Assembly (NCBI GenBank): GCA_964016885.1
Contig: OZ024741.1
Span: 234,422,001-234,486,000, forward strand
DNA: 64,000 nt
Origin: Eledone cirrhosa
Lineage: Eukaryota
Direction: 5' to 3'
Both the position numbers and the translations under genes were made by a program. The notes under the pieces were generated by a model. The model made no database searches. It worked only from the letters and a program-made list of their open reading frames with translations, and was not told the origin of the DNA. The first letter of the stretch is position 1. Each line of letters begins with the position of its first letter. Shown in pieces: positions 13,060 through 26,372 of this stretch.

Positions 13060-14230
13060 TACCCACTCTACTACCCTAAGTATTGAGTACTCTGGTGCGT
13101 TATGATCCATCTGGTTCCTTACCACAACTCCTTCGTTATATATATAAGTATTAAAGTATATATAAGTATTAAATATATATATAATCATCACCACCGTTTA
13201 ATGTCCATTTCTCCACTTTAACATGGGTTAGACGAGTTTTCCTGATGTGAGCCAAGCTTGAGCAGGTGACCGTGTCCTTTATATATATATATATATTACA
13301 TTATATTGTTTTAATAATAATCATTGTCTAAACTTTCGTTATATATATATATATATCATGTTTAATATAGAAATGGCTTCTACGGGACTAGAACTGATTC
13401 ATTCAAAAGAAATCACCAGGAAAGCGCCTTCCTATATTAAACATGGTGTTTACACTCTACTAATGTATTGGGTCCCTTACTAACTGTGGTTACCCCCGAT
13501 TGAACCCGAGACTCACACACGCACACATACATTGGGACTTACCAGTTTAGACTAATAAGACAATTGTTCAGCTAAGTACTCGACACTTAGGAAAGTAGTG
13601 AGTAGGTATTGTAAAGACTTTCTGTCCGGCAGCTGAGCTCTTGCTGTATATTGTAACAATCCAGTTGCTCCCTTCTAGACAAACCCATACCGCACAGGAC
13701 AGGTCACTGGTCCATCCCCAGTTCTCACAGCGTTGGATGGAGACTACAGTATATTTTTCAAATAGCTCCTCTACTTAAAGCCTGAATGCATCCCTTATTA
13801 CCCCTCGCGAGGGACGATGCTATATGAAACCTTTAAATGCATCTAACCATATTGTAGTTTTTCGGTGGTCTTATTCACACCAGCTATCAATTAGGTACTT
13901 TTCTCAGACCAACCAAGACTAAGCTTTTTTTATAGGTGGTCTTTACACCCCTAGTCAGAGTTACATCACTGCGCTAAGAGACTTTTCTTGAGAGTTAAGT
14001 GTCACCCATTGCTCTATCTCCTCTAGTAGTTTACCGCTGTTGGTCCGGGGTTGCTTATTCGTCCGACAGAAGCCCACTTATATCGTAACTTGCTAGTTAT
14101 GATTAATTGGAAGTAACACGACGATAGCGTAAAACATATACTATATGTTTATATACATTAAACATATGAGAACCTCGTTATCGAAGAAAACATTATTTTA
14201 TCTTTACGAAAACATGATTTTTCTTTCTTT

Positions 14231-14495
14231 TGTGAACCGTCAGATATCTCAGTAGTCGTTGAGAATGCCAGACAGTTGTTTCAAGGTTTGCACTATATGC
14301 ATTACATGTCAATCTTTTCTATTTGATATAATATTCAAATGAGCATCGCCAGCAAATGTTCATCAGGTAAAATCTATATAGGCTCTTGTCTATTTTAACC
14401 TCAGTACCGGTTGAGTAAATGTCACTGATGAGTGATTAATGAAAAACAGCTGGCTGGCATTCTCAACGGCTACTGAGATATCTGATATGTTCACA
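14231..14495. repeat. Imperfect inverted repeat enclosing two degenerate hammerhead cores
   Basis: Arms 14231-14283 and 14440-14495; CTGATGA on minus (14360-14366) and on plus (14425-14431). Confidence 0.65.
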
Positions 14496-14692
14496 GGGCA
14501 ACACAAACAAAAATAATTTTTTCATAAGAAAGAAAATCTTGTATTTATTGAATTATCAATATATACTATATAATTTCATATTCATCCTTGTTGTTTTTAA
14601 CGGTATCTTAGTGCTCCTTCAAGTATATGTATAAAGTATATATTTGTGTGTGTATTTATTATATGTGTAAACTTCTATCGTTTTACGAACAG

Positions 14693-14876
14693 AAAATATT
14701 TTGCGTCGTTCTTACAGAAATTTGTCTTTACATGGTCCTAACATAATGTATGTATATTTGATTTGCGCTTTCGCCCATATATATATATATATAGGCAAAA
14801 GCGCAAATAAAATATACATACATTATGTTAGGACCATGTAAAGACAAATTTCAGTAAGAACAACGCAAAATATTTT
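14693..14876. repeat. 83-bp inverted repeat with a (TA)n spacer
   Basis: 14693-14775 vs 14794-14876, about 4 mismatches; terminus GCGAAAGCGCAAAT also at about 45474. Confidence 0.9.
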
Positions 14877-14883
14877 ATATATA

Positions 14884-16178
14884 TAAGCCACTATACTTAG
14901 CCTTTGTTGACTTAGAGAAGGCCTTTGATAGGGAACCCCGATCTGTCATCTGGTGGTCCCTAAGGAAGCTAGGTGTTGAGGAATGGCTTGTGAGGACAGT
15001 GCAAACTTTGTACAGAGGTACTCTCAGTAAAGTCAGGGTAGGAATGGAGTTTAGTGAGGAATTCCAGATACAAGTAGGAGTACATCAAGGTTCGGTCCTC
15101 AGCCTGCTCTTGTTCATTATAGTCCTCCAAGCCACAAGAGAGGAGTGGCTTTCCATGGGAACAGACTGGCTATCCATGGGAACTTCCCTATGCTGACGAT
15201 CTGGTTCTTATAGCAGAATCAGTAGAGGAGCTAGAGAATAAATTCTGGCTATGGAAACAGCAGTTGGAAGCAAGAGGACTGAGAGTGAACCTAGCTAAGA
15301 AAAAAATGTTGATAAGTAGAAAAGAGGACAAAACTCTGATTCCGTCAGGGAATTGGCCATGTTCGATATGCAGAAAAGGAACTGGCATAAATTCTATAAA
15401 ATGCACACAATGCAGATCCTGGGTACACAAGAGATGTAGCGGGATAGCAGGCAAACTAACAGGTAGGGAGAAATATGTATGCAGTAGATGTACAGGGAAA
15501 TTAGACAGTAGAAGACGCATTGATAGACACATTTTTCAGGTGCAGGAGGGCGCTATAGAAGTGGTGGATAGCTTCTGGTACCTAGGAGATCAGATTAGCA
15601 TGGGAGGAGGGTGTTCCGAGGCCATAGTATCTAGAATAAGGATGGGTTGGAAGAAGTTTAGGGAGCTGCTTCCTCTGTTGACGAAGAAGGGTTTCTCCCT
15701 GCGTACGAAAGGCCGGTTGTATGATGCCTGTGTGAGGAGCGCGATGCTGCATGGTAGTGAGACATGGGCAGCAACTGCAGAGGATATGCGACAGCTGGAG
15801 AGAAATGAGGCAAGCATGCTCCGTTGGATGTGCAGTGTAAATGTGCGTGAACAACCCAGCATAAATGTGTTGAGAGAGAAACTGTGTCTGAGAGGGATAG
15901 AACGTAGTGTACGGGAGAGGAGACTGAGGTGGTATGGACATGTGATGCGCATGGAGGACGACGAATGGGTGAAGAAGTGCCAGGAAATTCCAGTTGAAGG
16001 AAGACGTGGTAGAGGTAGACCACGAAAAACATGGGCGGAGGTGGTGAGAACAGACCTCAGATCATTGAAGCTCACGGTGGAGATGACGAAGGACCGTGAC
16101 GAGTGGAGAGATGCTGTGCTGAATAAGACCCATCCCACCCTTGCAAGCAGGGAAAAGCGGACGTAAAATGATGATGAT
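14884..16178 (+). mobile_element. RTE family A, 5'-truncated (RT C-half, PHD-like finger, 3' tail)
   Basis: LYLAFVDLEKAFD, HQGSVLS, YADD, CSIC..CTQC..H..C..CSRC; (GAT)n tail; frameshifted. Confidence 0.92.
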
Positions 16179-16284
16179 ATAGGTGTGTGTGTGTGGGGGG
16201 GGGGGTAAGTATTTCCGTACAAAGGTATTATACAGAGCTATATATGTATGTCTTTATATATATATGCATATATATATCACCTTG

Positions 16285-16522
16285 ATCAGCTTGACCGACC
16301 AGTCAGTCAGGCGCCAATCGGCATGCTGTTTTAGCCATAAGATAACGCCATTCCACTGGCTGGGCGGGCAGGCCGGTACTCAGTTCTACAGCTGAGTAAA
16401 GTAGAGCAACGTGAAATAAAGTGTCTTGCTCAAGGAAACAACACATCACCCGGTCTGAGAATTGAGCTCACAACTTTTCGATTGCAAGCCCAATGCTCTA
16501 ACCACTAAGCCATGCGCCTTCA

Positions 16523-16524
<2 letters not shown>
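16285..16524 (-). mobile_element. CORE-like tRNA SINE
   Basis: Minus strand GAAGGCGCATGGCTTAGTGGTTAGAGC A-box; CCTTGAGCAAGACACTT core. Confidence 0.8.
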
Positions 16525-16578
<54 letters not shown>

Positions 16579-16904
16579 ACACATATATATATACCTATAA
16601 ATATATATACAATAAAGTATGTCCATAGAATCATTTGATAAAATATATACACCATTTCTTCTCCCAATCAGCATAATCAACCGCACAAAAAACCAATTAA
16701 ACCAGGCTATAAGATTAAAAGACACCTATGAAGAAATAATAGATAAATAAACGACAGCTATCTATTCGCGATCAACAACCATAGAATTTTTACTCAGCAT
16801 TTTCAATAGCACATGGGAATCGATTAAATATATCATCAACCATACATAATTAGGTATAAAATCAAAGTTAGAAGAAAAAATGTATATAAACATACCAAAA
16901 TTAC

Positions 16905-16986
16905 GTTTCTACCCCATGGAGTTTCATTCGCTTTTGGAAATATCCGATCAAGGATAAATTCACGAGCTTCGAAATCATCAGGAAAC
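16905..16986 (-). ncRNA. Type I hammerhead motif with extended stem II
   Basis: GTTTC CTGATGA TTTCG...CGAAT GAAA CTCC-AT-GGGG TA GAAAC; stem I 5 bp, GUA site. Confidence 0.7.
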
Positions 16987-17078
16987 AAACTCACTTGGAC
17001 GAAGATTTTTCTTAAATGATCCCCGCCAGAAACGTGTGTAGGTATATGTATATATATATACACGCATATATATATATG

Positions 17079-17149
<71 letters not shown>

Positions 17150-17298
17150 TATATATAGAGTTATAAACTCAAATAGTCTTTTACAATTAATTAGCTCAAA
17201 GAAAGGAATATTTCTGAGCCGTGTAATACAAATGAATATATGATAGGGATAAACACTGATACGAGTATACATGAGTTCGTATTGCAAATTTATATTTT

Positions 17299-17795
17299 AG
17301 AAGGGTTTCTCCCTGCGTACGAAAGGCCGATTATATGATGCCTGTGTGAGGAGCGGGATGTTGCATGGTAGTGAGACTTGGGCAGCAACTGCAGAGGATA
17401 TGCGACGGTTGGAGAGAAATGAGGCAAGCATGCTCCGTTGGATGTGCAATGGCAATGTGTGTGAACGACCCAGCATGGATGTGTTGAGAGAGAAACTGTG
17501 TCTGAGAGGGATAGAATGTAGTGTGCGAGAGAGGAGACTGTGGTGGTATGGACATGTGATGCGCATGGAGGATGACCGATGGGTGAAGAAGTACCAGGAA
17601 ATGCCAGTTGAAGGAAGACGTGGTAGAGGTAGACCACAAAAAACATGGGCGGAGGTGGTGAGAACAGACCTCAGATCGCTGAAACTCATGGTGGAGATCG
17701 CAAATTACCGTGACAAGTGGAGAGATGCTGTGCTGAATAAGACCCGTCCCACCCTTGGAAGCAGGGAAAAGTGGAAGTAAAATGATGATGATGAT
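17299..17795 (+). mobile_element. RTE family A 3' fragment
   Basis: [28 protein letters not shown]; (GAT)n tail. Confidence 0.9.
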
Positions 17796-17814
17796 ATGCA
17801 CATATATATATATG

Positions 17815-17850
<36 letters not shown>

Positions 17851-19154
17851 AACATATATACATACATATGCACACACACATATATATATACACACACACA
17901 CACATATATATATTTGTTAAGTATTTCCCTAAAAATGTTAAAAGAAAGAAGAGTGCTCTATGTATAGTACACATATATATATATACATATATATACATAC
18001 ATATAAAGATATATATATATAATGTATATATATATATATATATATATATGAATATATGATAGGGATAAACACTGATACAAGTATACATGTGTTCGTATTG
18101 CAAATGACCAAGTTAGCTAGATTGAAAAATACTAATTAAAATAATACAGTTTGCCTGTCTCGATTTAAAATAGTAAATCAATAAAAACAAATCTATATTG
18201 GCAAAAGCCGTGATACCTGGACAAATTTATATTTTAAACTTCAAATTTGTTTCGCAACGATTAAGTGAAAGTTCCTATTTCTGTGCTCTTCTGCAGGTAT
18301 CCAGAAATTGGTAAGTTTCACTTCAAAATACTAATGAAGACTGGGAGAGATGTGTTTTTTAACGCACATGTGTCACAACGTCTAACACGTCCTATACTTG
18401 TGCCGCTAAAAATAGCAACCTGTTTTTAGCGTCTCAGGAGAAGAAGCAGCTCCCTAAACTTCTTCCAACCTGTCCTTATTCTAGCTACTATGTGTGCATA
18501 TATATGTATATATGTGTGTATTTATATATATATATATATATATCTATATATAATTGAGTAAAATGACAGGAGACTGGACTAGTGAAATTCCTTAAAGGTT
18601 TATTTTAAACACTAATTCACATTTCAATGACCGGGCTCTGCAGGAACCCGGTGACATCATCAGGTGTTATGAAATTTATCTAATAAAGGAATATAATAAT
18701 GGTAGACACAATCCAAGGGACTGAAAAGTAGAGAGAAATGTTTAAGACCCGAAGGCAGCCAGAGCCAGAAGTTGCCAGCCTGGGTGATCGCCTTCAAGAC
18801 GGGCAACACCACCCCTTTCTCTATAAAGTTGTGCTGGTACCACAACATCCAATCCAAACTAATGAGGTCATGTAGGTGTCACGACAAAAAGACACCCAGT
18901 TCACGCTGTAAATGTGGTTGTTGTTAGGAAGGGCATCCAACCGTAGAAAACCTGCCAGATGATCCTATGCAAGCGAGTCACGGTCACCCGAGCATTCTTA
19001 CTTCAAATGGGATAATTCCCATCTAACCCACGCTAGCGTGGAAGATATATACATATATAGACGTTCCGGCTGATGCCATGCTGGGGCACCCCCTATGTAT
19101 ATATAAGTATGTATTTATATATATGTATGTATGTTGTATATATATGTATGTATG

Positions 19155-19188
<34 letters not shown>

Positions 19189-19230
19189 CATATATATGTA
19201 TTTATATGTGTATATGTATATATATATATG

Positions 19231-19261
<31 letters not shown>

Positions 19262-19276
19262 GTATATATATATGTA

Positions 19277-19415
19277 TGGAGGCACATGGCTTAGTGGTTA
19301 GAGCATTGGCCTTGCATTCGAAAGGTTGTGAGTTCAATTCTCAGACTGGGTGATGTGTTGTTTCCTTGAGCAAGACACTTTATTTCACATTGCTCCAGTT
19401 TACTCAGCTGTAGAA
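19277..19415 (+). mobile_element. CORE-like tRNA SINE (5' part)
   Basis: TGGCTTAGTGG A-box, GAGTTCAATTC B-box, CCTTGAGCAAGACACTT core. Confidence 0.8.
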
Positions 19416-19649
19416 ATGAGATGAAAGGGACTGAGATCCCTATCATTCCACTGCAAAGTGGTTGTGGAGGTGCCACGGCAACAAAGCACCCAGCACTCAC
19501 TGTAAATGAGGTTGGTGTTAGAAATCAAACCAGAATCAGTTCCCGTCCCACCCTTGCAAGCAGGCAAAAAGTGGACGTAAATGACGATGATCATGATGAT
19601 CATGTATATATATATATATGTAAATGTTATGTATATATATATATATATA

Positions 19650-20520
19650 TTCTCTCTAAAAATGAAAGGCAGATTGTATGATGCTTGTATATGAACAGCA
19701 ATGCTACATGGTAGTGAGACATGGGCATTACGTGCAGAGGACCTGCGTAGACTGGAAAGGAACGAAGCATGCATGCTCCGTTGGATGTGTAATAGTAATA
19801 TACGTGAATGGCAAAGCATAAATGAACTAAGAGAGAAATTAGGAATAAGAGGGATCAGATGCTGTTTACTCGAGAGAAGACTACGTTGGTATGGCCACGT
19901 GATGCGCATGAAAGATGACAGATGTATAAAAAAGTGCAGGGCGATCAAAATTGATGGAAGTTACGGAGTAGGTAGACACAGAAAAACCTGGGACGATCTT
20001 ATAAATTCCGACCTTACACACTTGCACCTCTCTATACACCCCAATCCACTACCCCTAAGACAATGTCACTGGACGAGATCTTTGGCGCTACGTAGTAATA
20101 CAGAAGAGCCTCCTTGCCTATGTACAAAGCGAAACCTACAGTCAGTAGGCACCTCTTAACCAAATATACACCCAATCCACTACCCCTACCCTATCCTCCC
20201 ACTAACACCACCCTCTTTCTGTAAAGTTTGTACCACAACATCCAGTCCAAATAAATGAGATAATGATAATCGTGTAAGTGTCACGAGAAAAAAACACACA
20301 GTCCACGCTGTAATGTGGTCGTGTAGGCAACACGGTAAAAAGTACCCAGTTCCACACTGTAAATGTGGTTGGTGTTAGGAAGGGCATCCAGCCGTAGAAA
20401 CCTGCTAGATAGTCCTATATGAGCGAGACACGGTCACCCGACCAACTTTGCCTCAAGTGGGACAACTCCTGTCTAACCCATGCTAGCGTGGAAAATGGAC
20501 CTTAAACAAAGATGATGATG
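19650..20520 (+). mobile_element. RTE family B 3' fragment with long 3' UTR
   Basis: MLHGSETWALRAEDLRRLERNEACMLRW; common tail. Confidence 0.88.
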
Positions 20521-20585
20521 ATATATATATATATATATAACTTTTTACCGCGATTTGGACTGTAATTTTTTTTTTTTTTTTCTTA

Positions 20586-20905
20586 TGACACCTACACGAT
20601 CTCGATCTCATTATCTCATTTATTTGGACTGGATGTTGTGGTACCAACTTTACAGTGGGAGGTGGTGTTGGTGAGAGGATAGGGTAGGGGTAGTGGATTG
20701 GGGTGTATATTTGGTTAGGAGGTGCCTACTGACTGTAGGTTTCGCTTTGTACATAGGCAAGGAGGGTCTTCTGTATTACTGCGTGGTGCCAAAGATCTCG
20801 GTCCAGTGACATTGTCTTAGAGAGGTGCAAGTGTGTAAGGTCGGAATTTATCAGATCGTCCCAGGTTTTTCTGGGTCTACCTACTCCGTAACTACCATCA
20901 ATTTT
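20586..20905 (-). mobile_element. RTE family B fragment, inverted relative to the preceding copy
   Basis: [23 protein letters not shown]. Confidence 0.85.
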
Positions 20906-20934
20906 ATGTATATATATATGTGTATGTATACACA

Positions 20935-20990
<56 letters not shown>

Positions 20991-21024
20991 TATACATATA
21001 TGTGTATACATACATATATATGTA

Positions 21025-23616
21025 TCAATGCCAAAACAATTATGAGCACATCAACAAATATATAGGAACAACAAAAATATGAAGACATCGCATCTCAGAG
21101 TTGCAACACTTAATGTTGGCACTCTCACAGGTAGATCTGGTGAAATAATGGAGATGCTGGAGAGAAGGCATGTGGATGTGTGCTGCATGCAAGAGGTAAG
21201 ATGGAGAGGTGCCTCTGCGAGGCTAGTCGCAGGCAAACATCTTAGCTATAAGCTTTTCTGGGTAGGTAAGGATGATGGGTTAGGGGGAGTAGGCATTTTC
21301 CTGGCTGAGAGATGGATCAATAAGACAATAGAGGTAGTTTGAGTTAATAATCGAATAATTAAGCTTAGATTAGTTGTAGGCAGGAGACTACTGACAATCA
21401 TCTCTGCCTATGCTCCCCAAGCAGGCCTAGGCAAAGAAGAGAAAGACTGCTTTTACGAGCAACTTTTACAAACAGTCGCAATGACAGAAGACGGAGACAT
21501 CGTTATGCTAGCAGGAGACTTCAATGGTCATGTTGGACAGCTCCAGGATGGTTACACTGGGGTACATGGTGGGCACGGTTACGGCTCAAGAAATGAAAGA
21601 GTGAGACTTCTTGAATTTTGTGATGCAAGTGCACTGACTATTTGCAACACTAACTTCCAGAAGCCTACCAACCACCTAATAATGTACTTAGCATGCAGGG
21701 AGGCTGAGAGTAGGAGGTTTGCCAATGTTCTGCGACAGGAAGATCAGAGGCATGCGGTGTTCCACATTGCAAGGCAGTGTGTCAATGCAAATCAGGATGT
21801 TGTTGGAGATAAATGTGTCCGGAATGATGCCGGTGTACTTAGTGTCGCGAATGATCAGAAAAAGGAGGCCTGGAAATGTCATTATGAGAGACTGATGAAT
21901 GTGGAGAATGAATGGGAGAGAGAGAAATTACCCTCAGTAGATCCGACAGAGGGACCAGCTATTCAGATTGACGAATATAGGGTCCAAGAGGCGATTAAGG
22001 AAATGTAAAATGGTAAGGCTGCTGGACCATCGGGAATAGTTGCTGAGATGCTGAAGGCATCAGAGGACGTAGGCACTAAACTGGTTGCGCGCATCATCAA
22101 TCAGGCTATATATGGTGGTGTCATACCCAAAGACTGGTGCAGCAGTATTCTCATTAATTTCTACAAAGGTAAAGTGGATGCTCTAGAGAGGAGCAATTAT
22201 AGGGGTATAAAACTGATGGATCAGGTTATGAAAGTGGCAGAAAGGATATTAGCACAACTAATTAGAGAAAGGGTCAAACTAGATGAGATGCAGTTTGGTT
22301 TTGTGACTGGGAAGAGTACAACAGATGCGTAATAGTAATATACGTGAACGGCAAAGCATTCTTGGTGAGACAATTACAATCTTAGAGAAAAATAAGCCAC
22401 TATACTTAGCCTTTGTTGACCTAGAGAAGGCCTTTGATAGGCTACCCTGATCTGTCATCTGGTGGTCCCTAAGGAAACTAGGTGTTGAAGAATGGTTTGT
22501 GAGGACAGTGAAAACTTTGTACAGACGTACTGTCAGTAAAGTCAGGGTAAGAATGGAGTTTAATGAGGAATTCCAGATACAAGTAGGAGTACATCAAGGT
22601 TCGGTCCTCAGCCCACTCTTGTTCATTATAGTCCTCCAAGCCATAACAGAGGAGTTTAAGACTGGCTGTCCATGGGAACTTCTCTATGCTGACGATCTGG
22701 TTCTTATAGCAGAATCAATAGAGGAGCTAGAGAATAAATTCTGGCTATGGAAACAGCAGTTGGAAGCAAGAGGACTGAGAGTGAACCTAGCTAAGACAAA
22801 AGTGTTGACGAGTAGAAAAGAGGACAAAACTCTGATTCCGTCAGGGAAATGGCCATGTTCGATATGCTGAAAAGGAACTGGCATAAATTCTATAAAATGC
22901 ACACAATGCAGATCCTGGGTACACAAGAGATGTAGTGGGATAGCAGGCAAACTAACAGGTAGAGAGAAATACGTATGCAGTAGATGTACAGGGAAATTAG
23001 ACAGTAGAAGTCGCATTGATAGACACATTTTTCAAATGCAGGCGGGTGCTATAGAAGTGGTGGATAGCTTCCGGTACCTAGGACATCAGATTAGCATGGG
23101 AAGGGGGTGTTCCGAGGCCATAGTATCTAGAATAAGGACGGGTTGGAAGCAGTTTAGGGAGCTGCCTCCTCTGCTGACGAAGAAGGCTTTCTCCCTGCAT
23201 ACGAAAGGCTGTGTGAGGGGCATGATGCTGGAGAGAAATGAGGCAAGCATGCTCCGTTGGATGTGCAATCTCAATGTGCGTGAACGACCGAGCATGGATG
23301 TGTTGAGAGAGAAACTGGGTCTGAGAGGGATAGATTGTAGTGTGCGGGAGAGGAGACTGTGATGGTATGGACATGTGATGCGCATGGAGGATGACCGATG
23401 GGTGAAGAAGTGCCAGGAAATGCCAGTTGAAGGAAGATGTGGTAGAGGTAGACCACGAAAAACATGGGCAGAGGTGGTGAGAGCAGACCACAGATCGCTG
23501 AAGCTCACGGTGGAGATGACGAAGGACCGTGACAAGTGGAGAGATGCTGTGCTGAATAAGACCCATCCCACCCTTGCAAGCAGGGAAAAGCGGGCGTAAA
23601 ATGATGATGATGATGA
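21025..23616 (+). mobile_element. Near full-length decayed RTE family A (APE endonuclease plus RT)
   Basis: [56 protein letters not shown]; stops and an internal deletion near 21685. Confidence 0.93.
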
Positions 23617-23873
23617 TATATATGTATGTATATATATATCTCTATATATATGTATGTATATATATATATGTATGTATATATATATATGTATGTATATATA
23701 TATATGTATGTATATATATATCTCTATATATATGTATATATATATATGTATGTATATATATATGTGTGTATGTACATATATTTATATATATATATGTATA
23801 TATATATGTAATATATGTATATTCATATATGTATATATATATATGTAATATGTATGTATATATATATATAGAC

Positions 23874-23916
<43 letters not shown>

Positions 23917-23920
23917 CATG

Positions 23921-23952
<32 letters not shown>

Positions 23953-24113
23953 TATGTATATATATATACATATATATACATATGTATGTAATATATGTAT
24001 ATATATATATACATATGTATATACATGTATATGTATGTATATATATGTGTGTATATATATGTATGTGTGTATATATATATGTATATATATGTATGTATAT
24101 ATATATGTATATG

Positions 24114-24158
<45 letters not shown>
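23617..24158. repeat. (TA)n/(TATG)n microsatellite
   Basis: Direct reading. Confidence 0.95.
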
Positions 24159-24160
<2 letters not shown>

Positions 24161-26104
24161 TTTCTGAATTTGTTTAGCAAGATTCTTTATCTGAAAACGT
24201 GTGTTGAAACCGATATTGTTATGTTTTGGGAGGGTCATGTTGCCAATAAGAAACACATGCACCAGTTGCTTTCACTTCAATTTATTATAAATTAAATTCA
24301 TAAATTTAGGAATTTATAAATTTCCGGTTGGTTGGTTGGTTCCACAACCAGACGATTGTTCATATATTGTCAAAGTTCTTTCGGCACACATTATGTGACC
24401 TCTTCAGTGACTAGGGATTCTTTTCTTTGTTTTTGTGCCTCTCTTTTGTTCTGTCCTACGCCATCTTGTTTTTGTGTGTGTTGTGTGCTTAGTTTGCGCA
24501 TGTGTTGCATCCGGGTGTCTGTGTGTGTTTATATTTGTTTATTTATTTGTTTATTTACATGTTACTGGTTGGTTGTTTGTTCTATGTGTGTGTGTGTTTT
24601 CATTTTATCCTTAATTGTAAGTTGTGATCTTGCTGTTCCATTCATATTTTCTATTTAATTTTGGTTGGAGTTCATTTATGTTTATTGCCTCTGTGATTTG
24701 TCTAAACATTGCGTCTTTTCTGTGTGTAGATTCTATTTTTATTTCTATGTTCTCTAATTTACCCTTATGTTCTATTTTAGCATGTTGGTGGAGTACAGAT
24801 GATTCTTTACTATCTTGAAGCTCTCGCCAGTGTTCATTTATCCGTTCCCCTATACTACGAGCTGTCTCACCTCTGTACACTATATTCTTATCTCTACATT
24901 GTCCTTCAGTACATCTTATGCTATATACTACATTTCTAGTTTTACAGTTAATATGGGGGCTTAGTTTACAGATTATACATTTCTTATCTATACAGGGAGG
25001 TCTTTAAAAAGGGTATGTATTGCTAATAAGTGTTTTTATGGAGGTACCTGGTCTTTCTACTATCTTAATATTGAGCTTATGTTTATCTAGGGCCCTTCTA
25101 AATTTGTAAGCTAATTCACCTCTAGGGGTTGTGTCGATGAACATTACACTCTGGTATTTATTGCTATCATACCATGAGTTTATTCTATTAACCTTATTCC
25201 TAGTTCTTTCTATTCTATTCCAAAATTTGCTCCTATACAAGGGGCAGGTCCCATTCGTATCATTATTTGCCATTTTTTCCCATTTGGTTCTGGCTCCTCT
25301 ATATACTCTGATTTTATCTCTCTGATTGTAACCAGTGAACTGCATACAGTGGATGAAGTGTTGTATGTGTCTCTCTAGTTCTTTGGAGTTGCACATGCGG
25401 GACACATTTCTCATCACCCATACCAAATCCGCAATCAGTATGTTGATTTTGGTATGGTCCGAAACAGCTGAGTTTCGGTGGATCAGATATTTGGAAGTCA
25501 TGGGTTTGGCATAATGGGAATGGAGGATTTGTTTTTTGTTATTAATGGTATCTAATCAGAGCTCTGTGTCTAGTACAGGTAATCGATGGTTGGGGTGTTT
25601 GCTTGGGTAGTCTATAGTAACTCTAATACTCTGGTGGATGGAGTTAGCTATTTGCTGGATGCTTTCCATGGTTTTTTTCTCTAATTCCTGACTGTTCTCC
25701 AGTGGAGGTGTTTTTACTATGATGTTTATATCATCAACCTAGCGGAAGTACATTATCAGGGTGAAGAGGTTGCTGTCTTCTAATTGTTCTTTAAGTTTAA
25801 GTCTATTGTCCCACCATACCATGAATAGGTTACCTATGACACCTGCAATGCTAACACCAATGGCTGCTCCCTCCTCTTGGGCATATGTTTTTCCATTAAA
25901 TTTGAACATATGTTCCATAAGGGTTAATTTTATGCTGGCCCCCACCGCATGGGCAATCATTTTCTTCAGTTCATCGTGGTTTTCGGGGGTTCGTATGGCT
26001 CTGGTCCACCCGTTCCATCTATCTGTGTGGGTTTTCTTGGCCATTGAGGTAATGGTAGGTGGTCTGCCTCTTGCTGGTCTTGTAGGGCACAGGTTGCTAA
26101 GGTC

Positions 26105-26105
<1 letters not shown>
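24159..26105 (-). mobile_element. Penelope-like element (RT plus GIY-YIG), 5'-truncated, decayed
   Basis: FKFNGKTYAQEEGAAIG..GNLFMVWWD, R*VDD, LPVLDT, GETARSIGERINEH..QITEAINI..LNRKYEW. Confidence 0.9.
24369..24411 (-). ncRNA. Minimal hammerhead in Penelope terminal region
   Basis: GTCA CTGAAGA GGTCACAT-A-ATGTGTGCC GAAA GAAC TT TGAC; stem I GTCA/TGAC. Confidence 0.65.
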
Positions 26106-26135
<30 letters not shown>

Positions 26136-26217
26136 TATATATGTGTCTATTTATTAAATATATATATTTATCCTTATCAAGCCCTCTTTGGATTTTAGTC
26201 TTCAAATTTATTATTAT

Positions 26218-26360
<143 letters not shown>

Positions 26361-26372
26361 TATATATATATA

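Noticed and set aside
13533-14117. Possible solo LTR (TG...CA ends)
   Set aside because: No TSD, no second copy and no internal domains
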